Positions 28,678-38,057 of a DNA stretch of 64,000 bases are shown piece after piece. The translations under genes and the position numbers were made by a program. Each line of letters starts with the position of its first letter. Within the stretch, counting starts at the first letter, position 1. The stretch is from Anaerolineales bacterium. Lineage in GTDB: Bacteria; Chloroflexota; Anaerolineae; Anaerolineales; UBA11858. The DNA is taken from positions 95,756 to 159,755 of the forward strand of contig JAWLER010000001.1 of NCBI GenBank assembly GCA_041686005.1, read 5' to 3'. The notes under the pieces were generated by a model. That model searched no databases. It saw only the letters and a list, made by a program, of their open reading frames with translations, and was not told where the DNA came from.

Positions 28678-30576
28678 ATGAGTGAGGATTTCGAGCCTAC
28701 AATTGAGAATCCCAGTGATCCCATCGCCTTTCAGACAGAAGTGAAGCAGTTGTTAAATATCCTGATTCATTCCTTGTACACGGAGAGAGAAATATTTTTA
28801 CGGGAATTGATCTCCAACGCGTCCGATGCCCTGACGCAAATGAGGTTTATTCTGCAAAAGGAGCGTGAAGTCGTAAATCCTGAAGCGGAATTTGAGATCC
28901 GAATCAGCATGGACGAGGAGGAAGGCATCCTGGAGATCAAGGATACCGGGGTTGGCATGACCCAAGAGGAGATCCGGACCAATCTGGGCACCATCGCCCA
29001 GTCCGGGGCGCGGGCTTTTTTGGAGGCAGCGGAGGATGAGGACACGAACCTGGCGGACGTGATCGGTCAATTTGGGGTGGGGTTTTACTCAGTGTTTATG
29101 GTGGCGGAATGGGTCAAAGTCTCCAGCAGGTCTTATAAACCTGATGCTAAACCAGCCAGCTGGTTCGCCACCGGTGCGGAAACCTTCACCATTGGCAGCT
29201 CCGATAAAGAAGAACGGGGTACAACGGTCACGGTGAAGCTCAAAGAAGATGCAGAAGAGTTTACACAAAAACACAGGTTACAAGAAATCATTAAAAAGCA
29301 TTCGGATTACGTTGCCTATCCCATTTATCTGGAGGGGGAGGAAGAGCAGGTCAACCGCCAAAACGCGATCTGGAGGGAATCCCCTCGTTCCGTGGAAGAG
29401 GAGGAATATAAGGAGTTCTACAAACACCTTACATATGAACTTGAACCCCCCTTAGAGACGATCCATTTTGTCGCGGATGCCCCTTTGAAGATTTTTGCCC
29501 TGCTGTACATCCCTCCCCAACCAGACCGGGGTATGTTCACCCTTCGGGATGAGAACGGGTTGAAGTTGTACGCTCGGAAAGTGTTAATCGACGAATATTC
29601 AAAGGACCTTCTGCCCCAATACTACCGCTTCGTCCAGGGTGTGGTGGACGCTGAAGACCTGCCCCTCAATGTCTCCCGGGAAAGCGTCCAGGCGAGCGCT
29701 GTCATGGCTCGTTTAAAGCGCATTCTCACTAATCAGGTGACGAAACGGTTGACATCGATGGCGTCAGAGGATGAAGATCGTTATGAGGAGTTTTGGCGCG
29801 AATTTGGACAATTTATTAAAGAGGGAGTCGCCTCGGATGACTCGGATCGGGCATCCCTTTATCCCTTGCTCCGCTTCCGGACCACCTCTTGTCCTGAAAC
29901 ATGGTCTTCGCTGGACGATTACATCGAGCGCATGAAAGCAGGTCAGGATAAGATCTACTACATATTGGGCGATGATGAGCACTCGGTGACCCGCAGCCCG
30001 CACTTGGATTACTTCCAAACCCATGGCTACGAGGTCCTGATCCTCACCGATCCGGTGGACTCCTTCATGTTGATGGGAATTCGAGAATACAAAGAGCACC
30101 CCCTTAAAAATGTAGCCGATTCTGATCTTGAGCTACCCACCCCGCCCAGCGAGGAAGAAGCCCAGGACAAAGAAGAGAAGGACCGAGAACCCTCCTTATC
30201 CGATGAGACATTAAGCCAGTTGCTGGACCATTTTAAGGAAACATTAGGAGACCGGGTGGTGGACGTGCGAACAACGGACCGCTTGACATCCTCTGTCGCT
30301 CGTTTGGTTGACCCGGAGGGGACGATGGGACAGGAGATGCAGCGCGTTTTCAAGATGATGGATCGTGATTTTAAGATTCCCAAAAAGATCTTGGAGCTTA
30401 ATGCCAAACATCCCATCGTCAAGCGCTTGGGCAGATTGGATGATGGCCATGAGTTGTTGGGAACGATTATCGAACAAATCTTTGAGAGCGCGCTGCTCAT
30501 TGAGGGTTTGCACCCAGATCCTGCAGCCATGATTCCACGCATTCAGACATTGATGGAGTCCGCCCTCGAAGAGTGA
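28678..30576 (+). CDS. htpG: molecular chaperone HtpG (Hsp90)
   Basis: FQTEVKQLLNILIHSLYTEREIFLRELISNASDA and GQFGVGFYS motifs; 632 aa. Confidence 0.95.
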   Translation: MSEDFEPTIENPSDPIAFQTEVKQLLNILIHSLYTEREIFLRELISNASDALTQMRFILQKEREVVNPEAEFEIRISMDEEEGILEIKDTGVGMTQEEIRTNLGTIAQSGARAFLEAAEDEDTNLADVIGQFGVGFYSVFMVAEWVKVSSRSYKPDAKPASWFATGAETFTIGSSDKEERGTTVTVKLKEDAEEFTQKHRLQEIIKKHSDYVAYPIYLEGEEEQVNRQNAIWRESPRSVEEEEYKEFYKHLTYELEPPLETIHFVADAPLKIFALLYIPPQPDRGMFTLRDENGLKLYARKVLIDEYSKDLLPQYYRFVQGVVDAEDLPLNVSRESVQASAVMARLKRILTNQVTKRLTSMASEDEDRYEEFWREFGQFIKEGVASDDSDRASLYPLLRFRTTSCPETWSSLDDYIERMKAGQDKIYYILGDDEHSVTRSPHLDYFQTHGYEVLILTDPVDSFMLMGIREYKEHPLKNVADSDLELPTPPSEEEAQDKEEKDREPSLSDETLSQLLDHFKETLGDRVVDVRTTDRLTSSVARLVDPEGTMGQEMQRVFKMMDRDFKIPKKILELNAKHPIVKRLGRLDDGHELLGTIIEQIFESALLIEGLHPDPAAMIPRIQTLMESALEE

Positions 30577-30647
30577 GGGTTGGGAATGGACGAAGAGAAA
30601 TGGGGATGGCCAAGCCTGGCGGCCATCCCTTTTGTTTTCAGCCCAGA

Positions 30648-31901
30648 TCATGTCAGGTGTTCACTGCCATGTCCCTTGTTTCGCAAACTGAGGAAGAAAA
30701 GCAGCAGGGCACCCAGCAGACCGGCCAATCCCCCCCCGTACCAAATCGAAACCGGATGAAAACGGTCATTCAGGAACCCTCCCGTGACCGGTCCGATCAA
30801 AGAGCCGGCTCCCCAGGTTAAGGCCAAAAGGCTCATATATCTTCCCCGCATCTGTTCCGGTGCGATGTTGGCGGTATAGGAACTGCTGGTGGGGATGACC
30901 AACAATTCGCCCATGGTGACGATGACCATACTCATCCAAAATCCCCAGAAACCATTTCCCTGAGAGATGCTCCCCACGCCGAGGGCATACAGAAAAGTGC
31001 CCAGGGTCACCACGCGCAGCGGGGGGTATTTCTTGGTTTGTTTGGTGACGAAAACCTGCAGGAAGACGACCATCAGGGCATTGGTGGTGGGGATCAAGCC
31101 ATACAGGCTTTCGGTCACCCCGTAGTTCTCCTTCGCATAGGCAGCAAGGAGCACCCAGAGCATGCTGGCGCTGACCTGCTGCAGTATGATTCCGAGGATG
31201 AAGGTCAGGAAGACGCGATCTTGAAAGATGACGCCGTATCCTTGAAGGGACTGGGGGAGGGTTTTCTTTTTAACCTCGCTGGTGGAGAGGGTTTCATGGG
31301 CGTAAAAAGCGATCAAGAGGCTGAAAAGGATGGACGTGGTCGCTGCGATTCCAAAGGCTATGCTGTAAGAGGTCGCCGCCAGGAAACCGCCCAAGGCAGG
31401 ACCCAGGGCCACACCGACATTCTTGCTTAGTCTGTTCAATGCGTAAGCGTCTGCCCGTTGCCGGGGAGGGACGAGGTCGGCCAGCATGGCGTCCGCACCG
31501 ACGCGAAAAAGAGGGCTGAACGCGCCGCGCAGCGCCATTAACAGGGCAAATTGACCCAACGTATGGGCCGGGATCATGGCGATATATGCCACGCCGTTGA
31601 AAATCAAGCTGATCACCATGGCCCATTTCCGCCCCATCCGGTCCGTGATGGAGCCGGCGAGGAAGGAGGCGATCAGGCTCATGGCTGCGTTCAATGTGAT
31701 CAACCCCCCGATAGAAGCCAGAGGGAGGTCCAGCTGTTCGCTGATGTAAACCACCAGATAGGGCCAGATCATACTCATCCCCACTGTGCTCACCAGTGTG
31801 CCCCAGAACAACAGCCAGAATTGGGGCGGGTAGGAGCGGCGGAATTGGTTGATCCTTTGTGTGAGCTGGGAGGAAAGGGGGAATTTCTGCATGGAGGACA
31901 C
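30648..31901 (-). CDS. MFS transporter
   Basis: About 12 hydrophobic segments and a GSITDRMGRK loop motif; 417 aa. Confidence 0.85.
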   Translation of the reverse strand: MSSMQKFPLSSQLTQRINQFRRSYPPQFWLLFWGTLVSTVGMSMIWPYLVVYISEQLDLPLASIGGLITLNAAMSLIASFLAGSITDRMGRKWAMVISLIFNGVAYIAMIPAHTLGQFALLMALRGAFSPLFRVGADAMLADLVPPRQRADAYALNRLSKNVGVALGPALGGFLAATSYSIAFGIAATTSILFSLLIAFYAHETLSTSEVKKKTLPQSLQGYGVIFQDRVFLTFILGIILQQVSASMLWVLLAAYAKENYGVTESLYGLIPTTNALMVVFLQVFVTKQTKKYPPLRVVTLGTFLYALGVGSISQGNGFWGFWMSMVIVTMGELLVIPTSSSYTANIAPEQMRGRYMSLLALTWGAGSLIGPVTGGFLNDRFHPVSIWYGGGLAGLLGALLLFFLSLRNKGHGSEHLT

Positions 31902-32097
31902 CTGGTGTTAAAACTTGATACCCATTGTACTACCTCCCCGGGATCGCAAACGGTAACATATCTCCTGTTTTCATAGAGTATGAAATGCACTTGGGATTTG
32001 AGAATTTTCAAGAATCATACGGGTGTTCTTCGGTATAATGGTGTTTTAGCCTTTAAGCGAATGTACGCAGCTATCCCTTTTCAAGGTGAGTGCGCGA

Positions 32098-32892
32098 ATG
32101 GGTTCTATTCCTCATATCCTGGTCACCAATGACGACGGGATCCATGCTCCCGGGTTATTAGCGCTGGCTCGCGAAATGAAGGGCCTGGGGCGGGTGAGTG
32201 TCCTGGCACCCGACCACAACTGGTCAGCCTCAGGCCATGTCAAAACCTTACATCGACCGCTCAGGGTCAGGGAGGTGGAGCTCGAAGAGGGGGTGACGGC
32301 CCTGGCGAGCGATGGGGCCCCTTCCGATTGCGTCGCCTTGGCTGTCCTGGGTCTGACCGACGAGATTGATTTGGTGGTTTCAGGGATCAACCCCCACGCG
32401 AATCTGGGGCATGACGTCACCTATTCGGGAACGGTGACCGCTGCCATGGAGGCGGTCATCTGGGATATTCCGGGTTTGGCGGTCTCGGTAGATGCTGCGG
32501 AAAACCATTTTGGCAAGTTGGATTATCAACCCTCGGCGGCGATCGCTTTTCAGGTGGCAAGGATGGTGCTGCGGGGGACATTGCCGCTGGATGTGGTCTA
32601 TAATCTCAATGTGCCGGACCTTCCTGCTGAAAAGATCAAGGGGATCCAAGTCACCCGTCAGGGGTTGCGTGAATACAGGGATGAGTTAGTGACCCGTAAA
32701 GACCCCCGGGGAACCCCATATTATTGGATTGGCGGTGACCCACCCACCGGTGCGCCGGATCGAGGGACGGATATCGGCGCTCTCGCCGCGGGATACGCTT
32801 CGCTTACCCCGCTGGCGCTTGATTTGACCGCGGAACATGTCTTTGAACAGATTCGCCAGCAGGTGGATCAAGATGGGTTATCCTGGTCGTAA
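32098..32892 (+). CDS. surE: 5'/3'-nucleotidase SurE
   Basis: ILVTNDDGIHAPGL .. GINPHANLG .. YSGTVTAAMEA motifs. I prefer ATG 32098 (AAGGTGA upstream) over GTG 32086. Confidence 0.9.
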   Translation: MGSIPHILVTNDDGIHAPGLLALAREMKGLGRVSVLAPDHNWSASGHVKTLHRPLRVREVELEEGVTALASDGAPSDCVALAVLGLTDEIDLVVSGINPHANLGHDVTYSGTVTAAMEAVIWDIPGLAVSVDAAENHFGKLDYQPSAAIAFQVARMVLRGTLPLDVVYNLNVPDLPAEKIKGIQVTRQGLREYRDELVTRKDPRGTPYYWIGGDPPTGAPDRGTDIGALAAGYASLTPLALDLTAEHVFEQIRQQVDQDGLSWS

Positions 32893-32903
32893 GTTTATTC
32901 AGT

Positions 32904-33212
32904 ATGGGTAGGGTGATGGATATGAAAAATAAAATCTGGAAACTCATTCATTCTTTGATTATTACCAATTTCATCCTCGAAATTACCTACAGTTTTTACA
33001 TGGTATTTTTCGTGATTGGCGGGGGGAAATGGCCTTTGCTTCGCAAAGCTGTGGAGACGCCCATGGAGGTGATATTAAAACGGCGTTTATATGCCATTGA
33101 AGCCTGGGTGGCGGTCGGCGGATTGTGCATCTATATCGCCATCACCGAGCTTCTCCCCCAAAAAATCCGTTTCGCCTCCTCAGAGGGGTCGCAGGTTGTC
33201 GGGGAAGGATGA
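32904..33212 (+). CDS. small hypothetical membrane protein
   Basis: 102-aa ORF with 2-3 hydrophobic segments and no recognisable motif. Confidence 0.4.
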   Translation: MGRVMDMKNKIWKLIHSLIITNFILEITYSFYMVFFVIGGGKWPLLRKAVETPMEVILKRRLYAIEAWVAVGGLCIYIAITELLPQKIRFASSEGSQVVGEG

Positions 33213-33298
33213 GTCCAGCTTGTGATCAAAGGTTGATAGACTAAGGTTTTGCCCCTGAAGATGCAGGTGTTGTGCTGCCGGGGGATGTGGTTGGAATT

Positions 33299-35161
33299 AT
33301 GATCATGATCCAAAGATTATCCTCCAGATTCTGGAAGGGTGGATTGCTGTTGGTAATGACCTTGGCATTTGGGGCCTGTCAGGCTCCAGCGGGGAATCCG
33401 GAGGTTGTTTCCACATCGACTACCCCACCTACAAAGACCATTCTCCCTTCCCAAGCCGCTTCCCTTGAAGCGGTGGAGACCACGGCACCTCAGCTATCGT
33501 CATCTTCAACCCCTCCGCCTGCTAGCGCCACGCCAACTTTGGAAGGCCGAGAGCCATCCCCCATCCCCATGATCGAAATCCAGGATGTCCAAGAAGCGGA
33601 GCTTCCTTACAATTACCTGTTCCAGGAGATGATAGATGCCTATCGGACCTGCCAGGAAGAAGCGAGCGAGGATTGGAGTGCCAGCCTCTTCCTCTATGAT
33701 CTGGATCAGCGACAACCTCTGGCGGGGATGGGTTTGGATAAACAAATGCCGGTCGCTTCCGCTTTCAAGGGTCCGGTGTTATTTTATGCTCTCAGCCATC
33801 TGGACCCTGATGTGACAGGAAGTGTGCCGATCCGGTATTGGTCCCAAACAGGGGAGATTCCCGAAGAATACCTGCCCCTTCTTCGCGAGCATTGGATCCT
33901 CTCCCGTCTTTATAACATGATCGTCCACAGCTCGAATAGAGCCACGGCCCAGGTCCTTAATTATGTGAACGCGCGTAGCCAGACGGATTTGAATCCCCTG
34001 GAGCAATTCAATGCTTGGTCTCGAGAGGTCGTTCAGACGAGTATGGAATCCGGGCTGTACCAATGGCAGCATCCTCCTTTGGAAGGGATCACCGATCCCT
34101 CCTCTCCCCCTCAGAACGTGTATGGGCGTTGTGGGAGCGCCTATTATTATTACAACACGTACTCAGTGCGCGATTTGGGTATGTACTATGCCTGGTTGGT
34201 GAATGAAGCCCCTGCCCATGTCCAGGAGCTTGCATTTTCTCTGTTGAGCATTGTGGAAGAAGAACCGGGGTTTTTGGAAACGACGGCGGTCCGGTTGAGG
34301 GGTAGATCGATCAGTAAAGGGGGTATTTTCGGGGGGGAAGCCATTACCCATGTATGGGTGGATGCGGGTCTGATCCTCCTCGAGGAGGGCCAGACCTATT
34401 TAGCCGCAACCGCGACGATCAATTCCGCTGATTTGTTATCGTCTTTTTACGAGGGCATCGAGCGCATCATCCGAATCGAGAATGATCTTCCCCGAACGCA
34501 TCTGATTAACCAAATCACCCTTCCTGATTGGGCGGCCAATCTTAAAGCGGTCGCTTCAAACTACCAGGCGGACAGCCATCAAGAAGCGGTTGAGGTGGCG
34601 AGGGACATTGATTACATCAAAGGGCACGACACGGAGGATTCATCCACCATGTGCGGTCCACTCACAGGAGCGATGCTCCGGGACGCAGGTTTGCTTGCGC
34701 CGGATGTGGACTTGGGCTTATTTTGGTATCCGGATCCCATCAGGAATGGGAGGCCGTGGACGTTATTCGATTTAGATGATTTTTATCTGTTCGGATTCCG
34801 ATCGCCGGAATACGCTCTCGATACATTCGATTTCACACGATTCCCGCTTCTGCCAGGGGATATCATCTACACCCATGGGGGGAGCGGGACCCATTTATTT
34901 GTGGTCACGGAGGTGGATGATCAGGGGCGGGCTTACACGGTGACCAACTATTGTGAGGGTGAGCATGACTGCCCGATACGGAGATTGCTTCTGTATGACC
35001 CGGCTGATCCGGGCCGGGGCGCTTTTTATAGCGAGTTTCAGGAAGGTTGGTTTCGCACTGGGATGATGGGATTTGACCTTTTACGTTCCAAAACATACCC
35101 TCAAATATTTTCTGATTGGTACCTGACATTCCTTCTCAATGATGAATATCAAGAAGAATGA
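33299..35161 (+). CDS. secreted (lipobox) protein: class-A beta-lactamase-like serine hydrolase domain plus a C-terminal candidate Cys/His (papain-like) domain
   Basis: Signal/lipobox LAFGAC, a P/S/T-rich linker, SxxK as VASAFKG, an SDN-like HSSNRAT, and KTG-like SKGG. The C-terminal part has MCGPLTGAML and THGGSGTHLFVV. The start may be GTG 33272 or ATG 33299. Confidence 0.65.
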   Translation: MIMIQRLSSRFWKGGLLLVMTLAFGACQAPAGNPEVVSTSTTPPTKTILPSQAASLEAVETTAPQLSSSSTPPPASATPTLEGREPSPIPMIEIQDVQEAELPYNYLFQEMIDAYRTCQEEASEDWSASLFLYDLDQRQPLAGMGLDKQMPVASAFKGPVLFYALSHLDPDVTGSVPIRYWSQTGEIPEEYLPLLREHWILSRLYNMIVHSSNRATAQVLNYVNARSQTDLNPLEQFNAWSREVVQTSMESGLYQWQHPPLEGITDPSSPPQNVYGRCGSAYYYYNTYSVRDLGMYYAWLVNEAPAHVQELAFSLLSIVEEEPGFLETTAVRLRGRSISKGGIFGGEAITHVWVDAGLILLEEGQTYLAATATINSADLLSSFYEGIERIIRIENDLPRTHLINQITLPDWAANLKAVASNYQADSHQEAVEVARDIDYIKGHDTEDSSTMCGPLTGAMLRDAGLLAPDVDLGLFWYPDPIRNGRPWTLFDLDDFYLFGFRSPEYALDTFDFTRFPLLPGDIIYTHGGSGTHLFVVTEVDDQGRAYTVTNYCEGEHDCPIRRLLLYDPADPGRGAFYSEFQEGWFRTGMMGFDLLRSKTYPQIFSDWYLTFLLNDEYQEE

Positions 35162-35242
35162 GTGGTTCACTCACCCTGGCATGCTGCTGGTTAGGGTGAA
35201 TAATAAGGCCCTGTTCACTCTTTAGAGTGGGAACGGATCCAT

Positions 35243-36043
35243 ATGTCGAAGAGCATCGTTTGGAAGACAACCCTGGTCTTGGTCAGCTTATGTCTTTTAG
35301 GGATCTGGCTGGTTAAGACGCCGGAAGGCCTTTTGGGGAAAGCGGATGCGGTCGGTTATGCCATCTGCCACCGCCTGCCATCCCACTCTTTTCAGATCCA
35401 TGACCGGCCGTCATCACTTTGCGCCCGCTGCACTGGCCAGTATCTGGGTGTGGTCGTGGGCCTGACTTATCTCGGCGTGGTGGCCCGGAGGCGTTCCGGG
35501 CTGCCGCACTGGACGGTCTTGATCCTCTTAACTGGTCTCTTTTTTGCTTATCTTGTGGATGCCCTCAATTCCCTGATCCATTATTATCCCGAATTGGTGG
35601 AATATACCCTTTACCAGCCGAGAAATGAATATCGCTTCCTGTCAGGCATGGGGATGGGGCTGACGATAAGCGTCCTGGTGCATATCCTCTTTCAAAGGAC
35701 GGTTTGGAAACGCTTTTTGCCCCAACCGGTTCTAAGAGGTTTTCGGCCGTGGGTGGGTTTTTTCCTTTCCGGCGGTTTGGTAGCAGCAGCTGTGCTCTCT
35801 GGGGAACCCTGGATCCTTACCCCGCTGACCTTGGTCAGTGTGCTGGGCGTGGTGGGACTTTTGACCCTGTTATACGCGTTGATTTGGATCATATTCTTTG
35901 GATTGGAAAATCGATCTGACCAGCTCCGGGAGATAATCTGGCCGTTGGTGGGGGGATTTGCGACTGCGCTCCTGCAAATAGGGGGTATGGATCTGCTCCG
36001 GTTTGGGTTAACCGGGACTTGGAGTGGATTTACCTTCGGTTGA
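35243..36043 (+). CDS. DUF2085-family membrane protein
   Basis: CHRLPSHSF .. CARCTGQYLG motif followed by multiple TM helices. Confidence 0.75.
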   Translation: MSKSIVWKTTLVLVSLCLLGIWLVKTPEGLLGKADAVGYAICHRLPSHSFQIHDRPSSLCARCTGQYLGVVVGLTYLGVVARRRSGLPHWTVLILLTGLFFAYLVDALNSLIHYYPELVEYTLYQPRNEYRFLSGMGMGLTISVLVHILFQRTVWKRFLPQPVLRGFRPWVGFFLSGGLVAAAVLSGEPWILTPLTLVSVLGVVGLLTLLYALIWIIFFGLENRSDQLREIIWPLVGGFATALLQIGGMDLLRFGLTGTWSGFTFG

Positions 36044-36163
36044 GAGGAAGCAGGTTTAAGCCGCAGCTGGTTTTGCTCGGGCCGCATGCAGCTGTTGCTG
36101 GTGCAACAGTATGTGTTCTATATCCCTTCTTCTTTTTGGTCAAGAAATGAAAATAAAGGGGGG

Positions 36164-37225
36164 CTATTCTTGGAAGAGCTGTAAGGCTTGATAGGGATCA
36201 AAATGGAGGATGACCTCTTCACCGACAGCGGGTAAATCCGTGGTGGCGGCGGGGAAATGGAACTGCAGTGTGGTCCCCGCCACATCCACCTCGGTTCGAA
36301 AGGTCTTTCCGCTGAAGGATTTCTTTGCCAGCGCTCCCCTCAGCTCGCAGTGCTTCGCGGAGGAGGGGGGTCCGACTTCCACGACATCAGGACGGAGCAG
36401 TACGGTGCATTTCCCTTGCGCGTCCTCCTCGCTGGGCCAGGTACCCAACGGAGTGGAGATCATGGTCCTCTTCCCCTCTCGCTTTGCTTCCCCCTCCAGG
36501 AGATTGGTCAATCCTAAAAATTGGGCTACAAAGGTGGAATTGGGATGGCGGTAGATCTCCATCGGGGTCCCTATTTGAGCTACCTTTCCCTCTTTGATGA
36601 CCACGATCCGGTCGGCAACCGAGAAAACCTCCACCTGGTCATGGGTGACATATAGGGCGGTTTGATTCATCGATTTTAATATCTCCCGCAGTTCGCCCAT
36701 CAACCGTTCCCGCAGGGTGCGGTCCAAGGAGCCAATGGGTTCATCCAGCATCAACAAACGGGGTTGGGGGGCCAGGGAACGAGCGAGCGCCACCCGCTGC
36801 TGTTCGCCGCCGGACAACGTATCCACATCGCGCTGCCCGAAATCAGGCAACCCCACCAGCTCCAGGACGTCTTCCACGCGTTGGGCGCTCTTTTCTGGGG
36901 GCCAATCTTGCATCAACAAGCCGAAGGCGACGTTCTCCTCCACGTTTTTATGCGGGAAAAGTGCGAAATCTTGGAACATGAGACCAAATCCGCGCCGATA
37001 AGGCGGGATGGCGGTTAAATCCTCCCCGTCCCAGGTGCAAGTCCCTTGGTCGGGCTGGATCAAGCCGGCGATGATCTCCAGCAAAGTGGTTTTGCCGCTT
37101 CCGCTGGGGCCTAAGATCCCCACGATTTCCCCTTTGTGAACCTTGAAGGACACCCCGGTCACGGCCCGGGTATTTCCAAAAGACTTATGGATATTGTGGA
37201 GTTCTAAGCCTTCTTCTGAACTCAT
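36164..37225 (-). CDS. ABC transporter ATP-binding protein (PotA/FbpC/ThiQ-type importer ATPase with C-terminal TOBE-like region)
   Basis: GPSGSGKTT, LSGGEQQRVALAR and LLMLDEP motifs. I prefer ATG 37225 (MSSEEGLELHNIHKSFG) over the track start 37312. Confidence 0.85.
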   Translation of the reverse strand: MSSEEGLELHNIHKSFGNTRAVTGVSFKVHKGEIVGILGPSGSGKTTLLEIIAGLIQPDQGTCTWDGEDLTAIPPYRRGFGLMFQDFALFPHKNVEENVAFGLLMQDWPPEKSAQRVEDVLELVGLPDFGQRDVDTLSGGEQQRVALARSLAPQPRLLMLDEPIGSLDRTLRERLMGELREILKSMNQTALYVTHDQVEVFSVADRIVVIKEGKVAQIGTPMEIYRHPNSTFVAQFLGLTNLLEGEAKREGKRTMISTPLGTWPSEEDAQGKCTVLLRPDVVEVGPPSSAKHCELRGALAKKSFSGKTFRTEVDVAGTTLQFHFPAATTDLPAVGEEVILHFDPYQALQLFQE

Positions 37226-37391
37226 AGATATCACCAGATCCCCGATGCTGCTTCTTAAAGGTGGGTCAAGTTTTGACACCGGTGGATGGATGTCCATCCG
37301 GGGAACTTTCATCTATAATACCATTCATCCAGGCTGTTATTATTTTATCGCTGATTCTTGCCAGGCTGACCATCGAGACAGGACGGGGTTT

Positions 37392-37823
37392 ATGAAAATC
37401 TATTTCGCGTGTTCGATCACCGGCGGTAGGGAGGATGAAGGAGTGTACCAAAGGCTGGTTAAAGCCTTGACGGAGGCGGGCCACGACGTTCCCACCGCCC
37501 ACATCGCTGAGTCCGGTGTGGAGGAGAGGGACCAGTGGGAGGACCCTCTGGATATTTACCGACGGGATGTGACCTGGATTGAGGAAAGCGACCTTCTGGT
37601 GGCGGAGGTCAGCACCCCTTCCCATGGGGTGGGATATGAAATCGGATACGCCTTATCTTTACGGAAACCTGTGCTGTGCCTTTACCATGCTGACAAAGAT
37701 ATTTCAAAAATGATCTCGGGCAATCCCCACCCGCTGTTGAGCGTCCATGAATACCAAACCCATCAAGAAGCTTTGGAGGTCCTATCGCGCTTTCTCTCTG
37801 AAATTTCTACGGGAGATGGGTAG
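37392..37823 (+). CDS. DNPH1/Rcl-like 2'-deoxynucleoside 5'-phosphate N-hydrolase (nucleoside 2-deoxyribosyltransferase superfamily)
   Basis: Begins MKIYFACSITGGRED and contains PSHGVGYEIGYA, matching the DNPH1 pattern (MKIYFAGSIRGGR .. S.GVG.E.G). The track ORF starts at 37143, but that extension is antisense to the ABC ATPase gene. Confidence 0.7.
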   Translation: MKIYFACSITGGREDEGVYQRLVKALTEAGHDVPTAHIAESGVEERDQWEDPLDIYRRDVTWIEESDLLVAEVSTPSHGVGYEIGYALSLRKPVLCLYHADKDISKMISGNPHPLLSVHEYQTHQEALEVLSRFLSEISTGDG

Positions 37824-38057
37824 GATGTGGGAAGTCCGTGTGGTGTTTCTCAGCGGGCCTTGGTTTGCATTGGGGAGGATCACGGGAACTAAATCTGCTT
37901 GAATTGCGTCTACTCTTTACAGACGGCATTAAATCCATTGGGAAATCACATCTTACTGTGGTGGATCAAGTGTTTGTGCTGGTTGGATGGAATGAACGCA
38001 GGTTCCAATAGTTGACCGATCAAACAATTTACATGGGCGACCGCGAGGAGGGCTGTT

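Noticed and set aside
36092-36109. CTGTTGC-tggt-GCAACAG hairpin between the convergent DUF2085 and ABC ATPase genes
   Set aside because: It is a 7-bp stem without an adjacent T-tract on either strand, which is insufficient for a terminator call.
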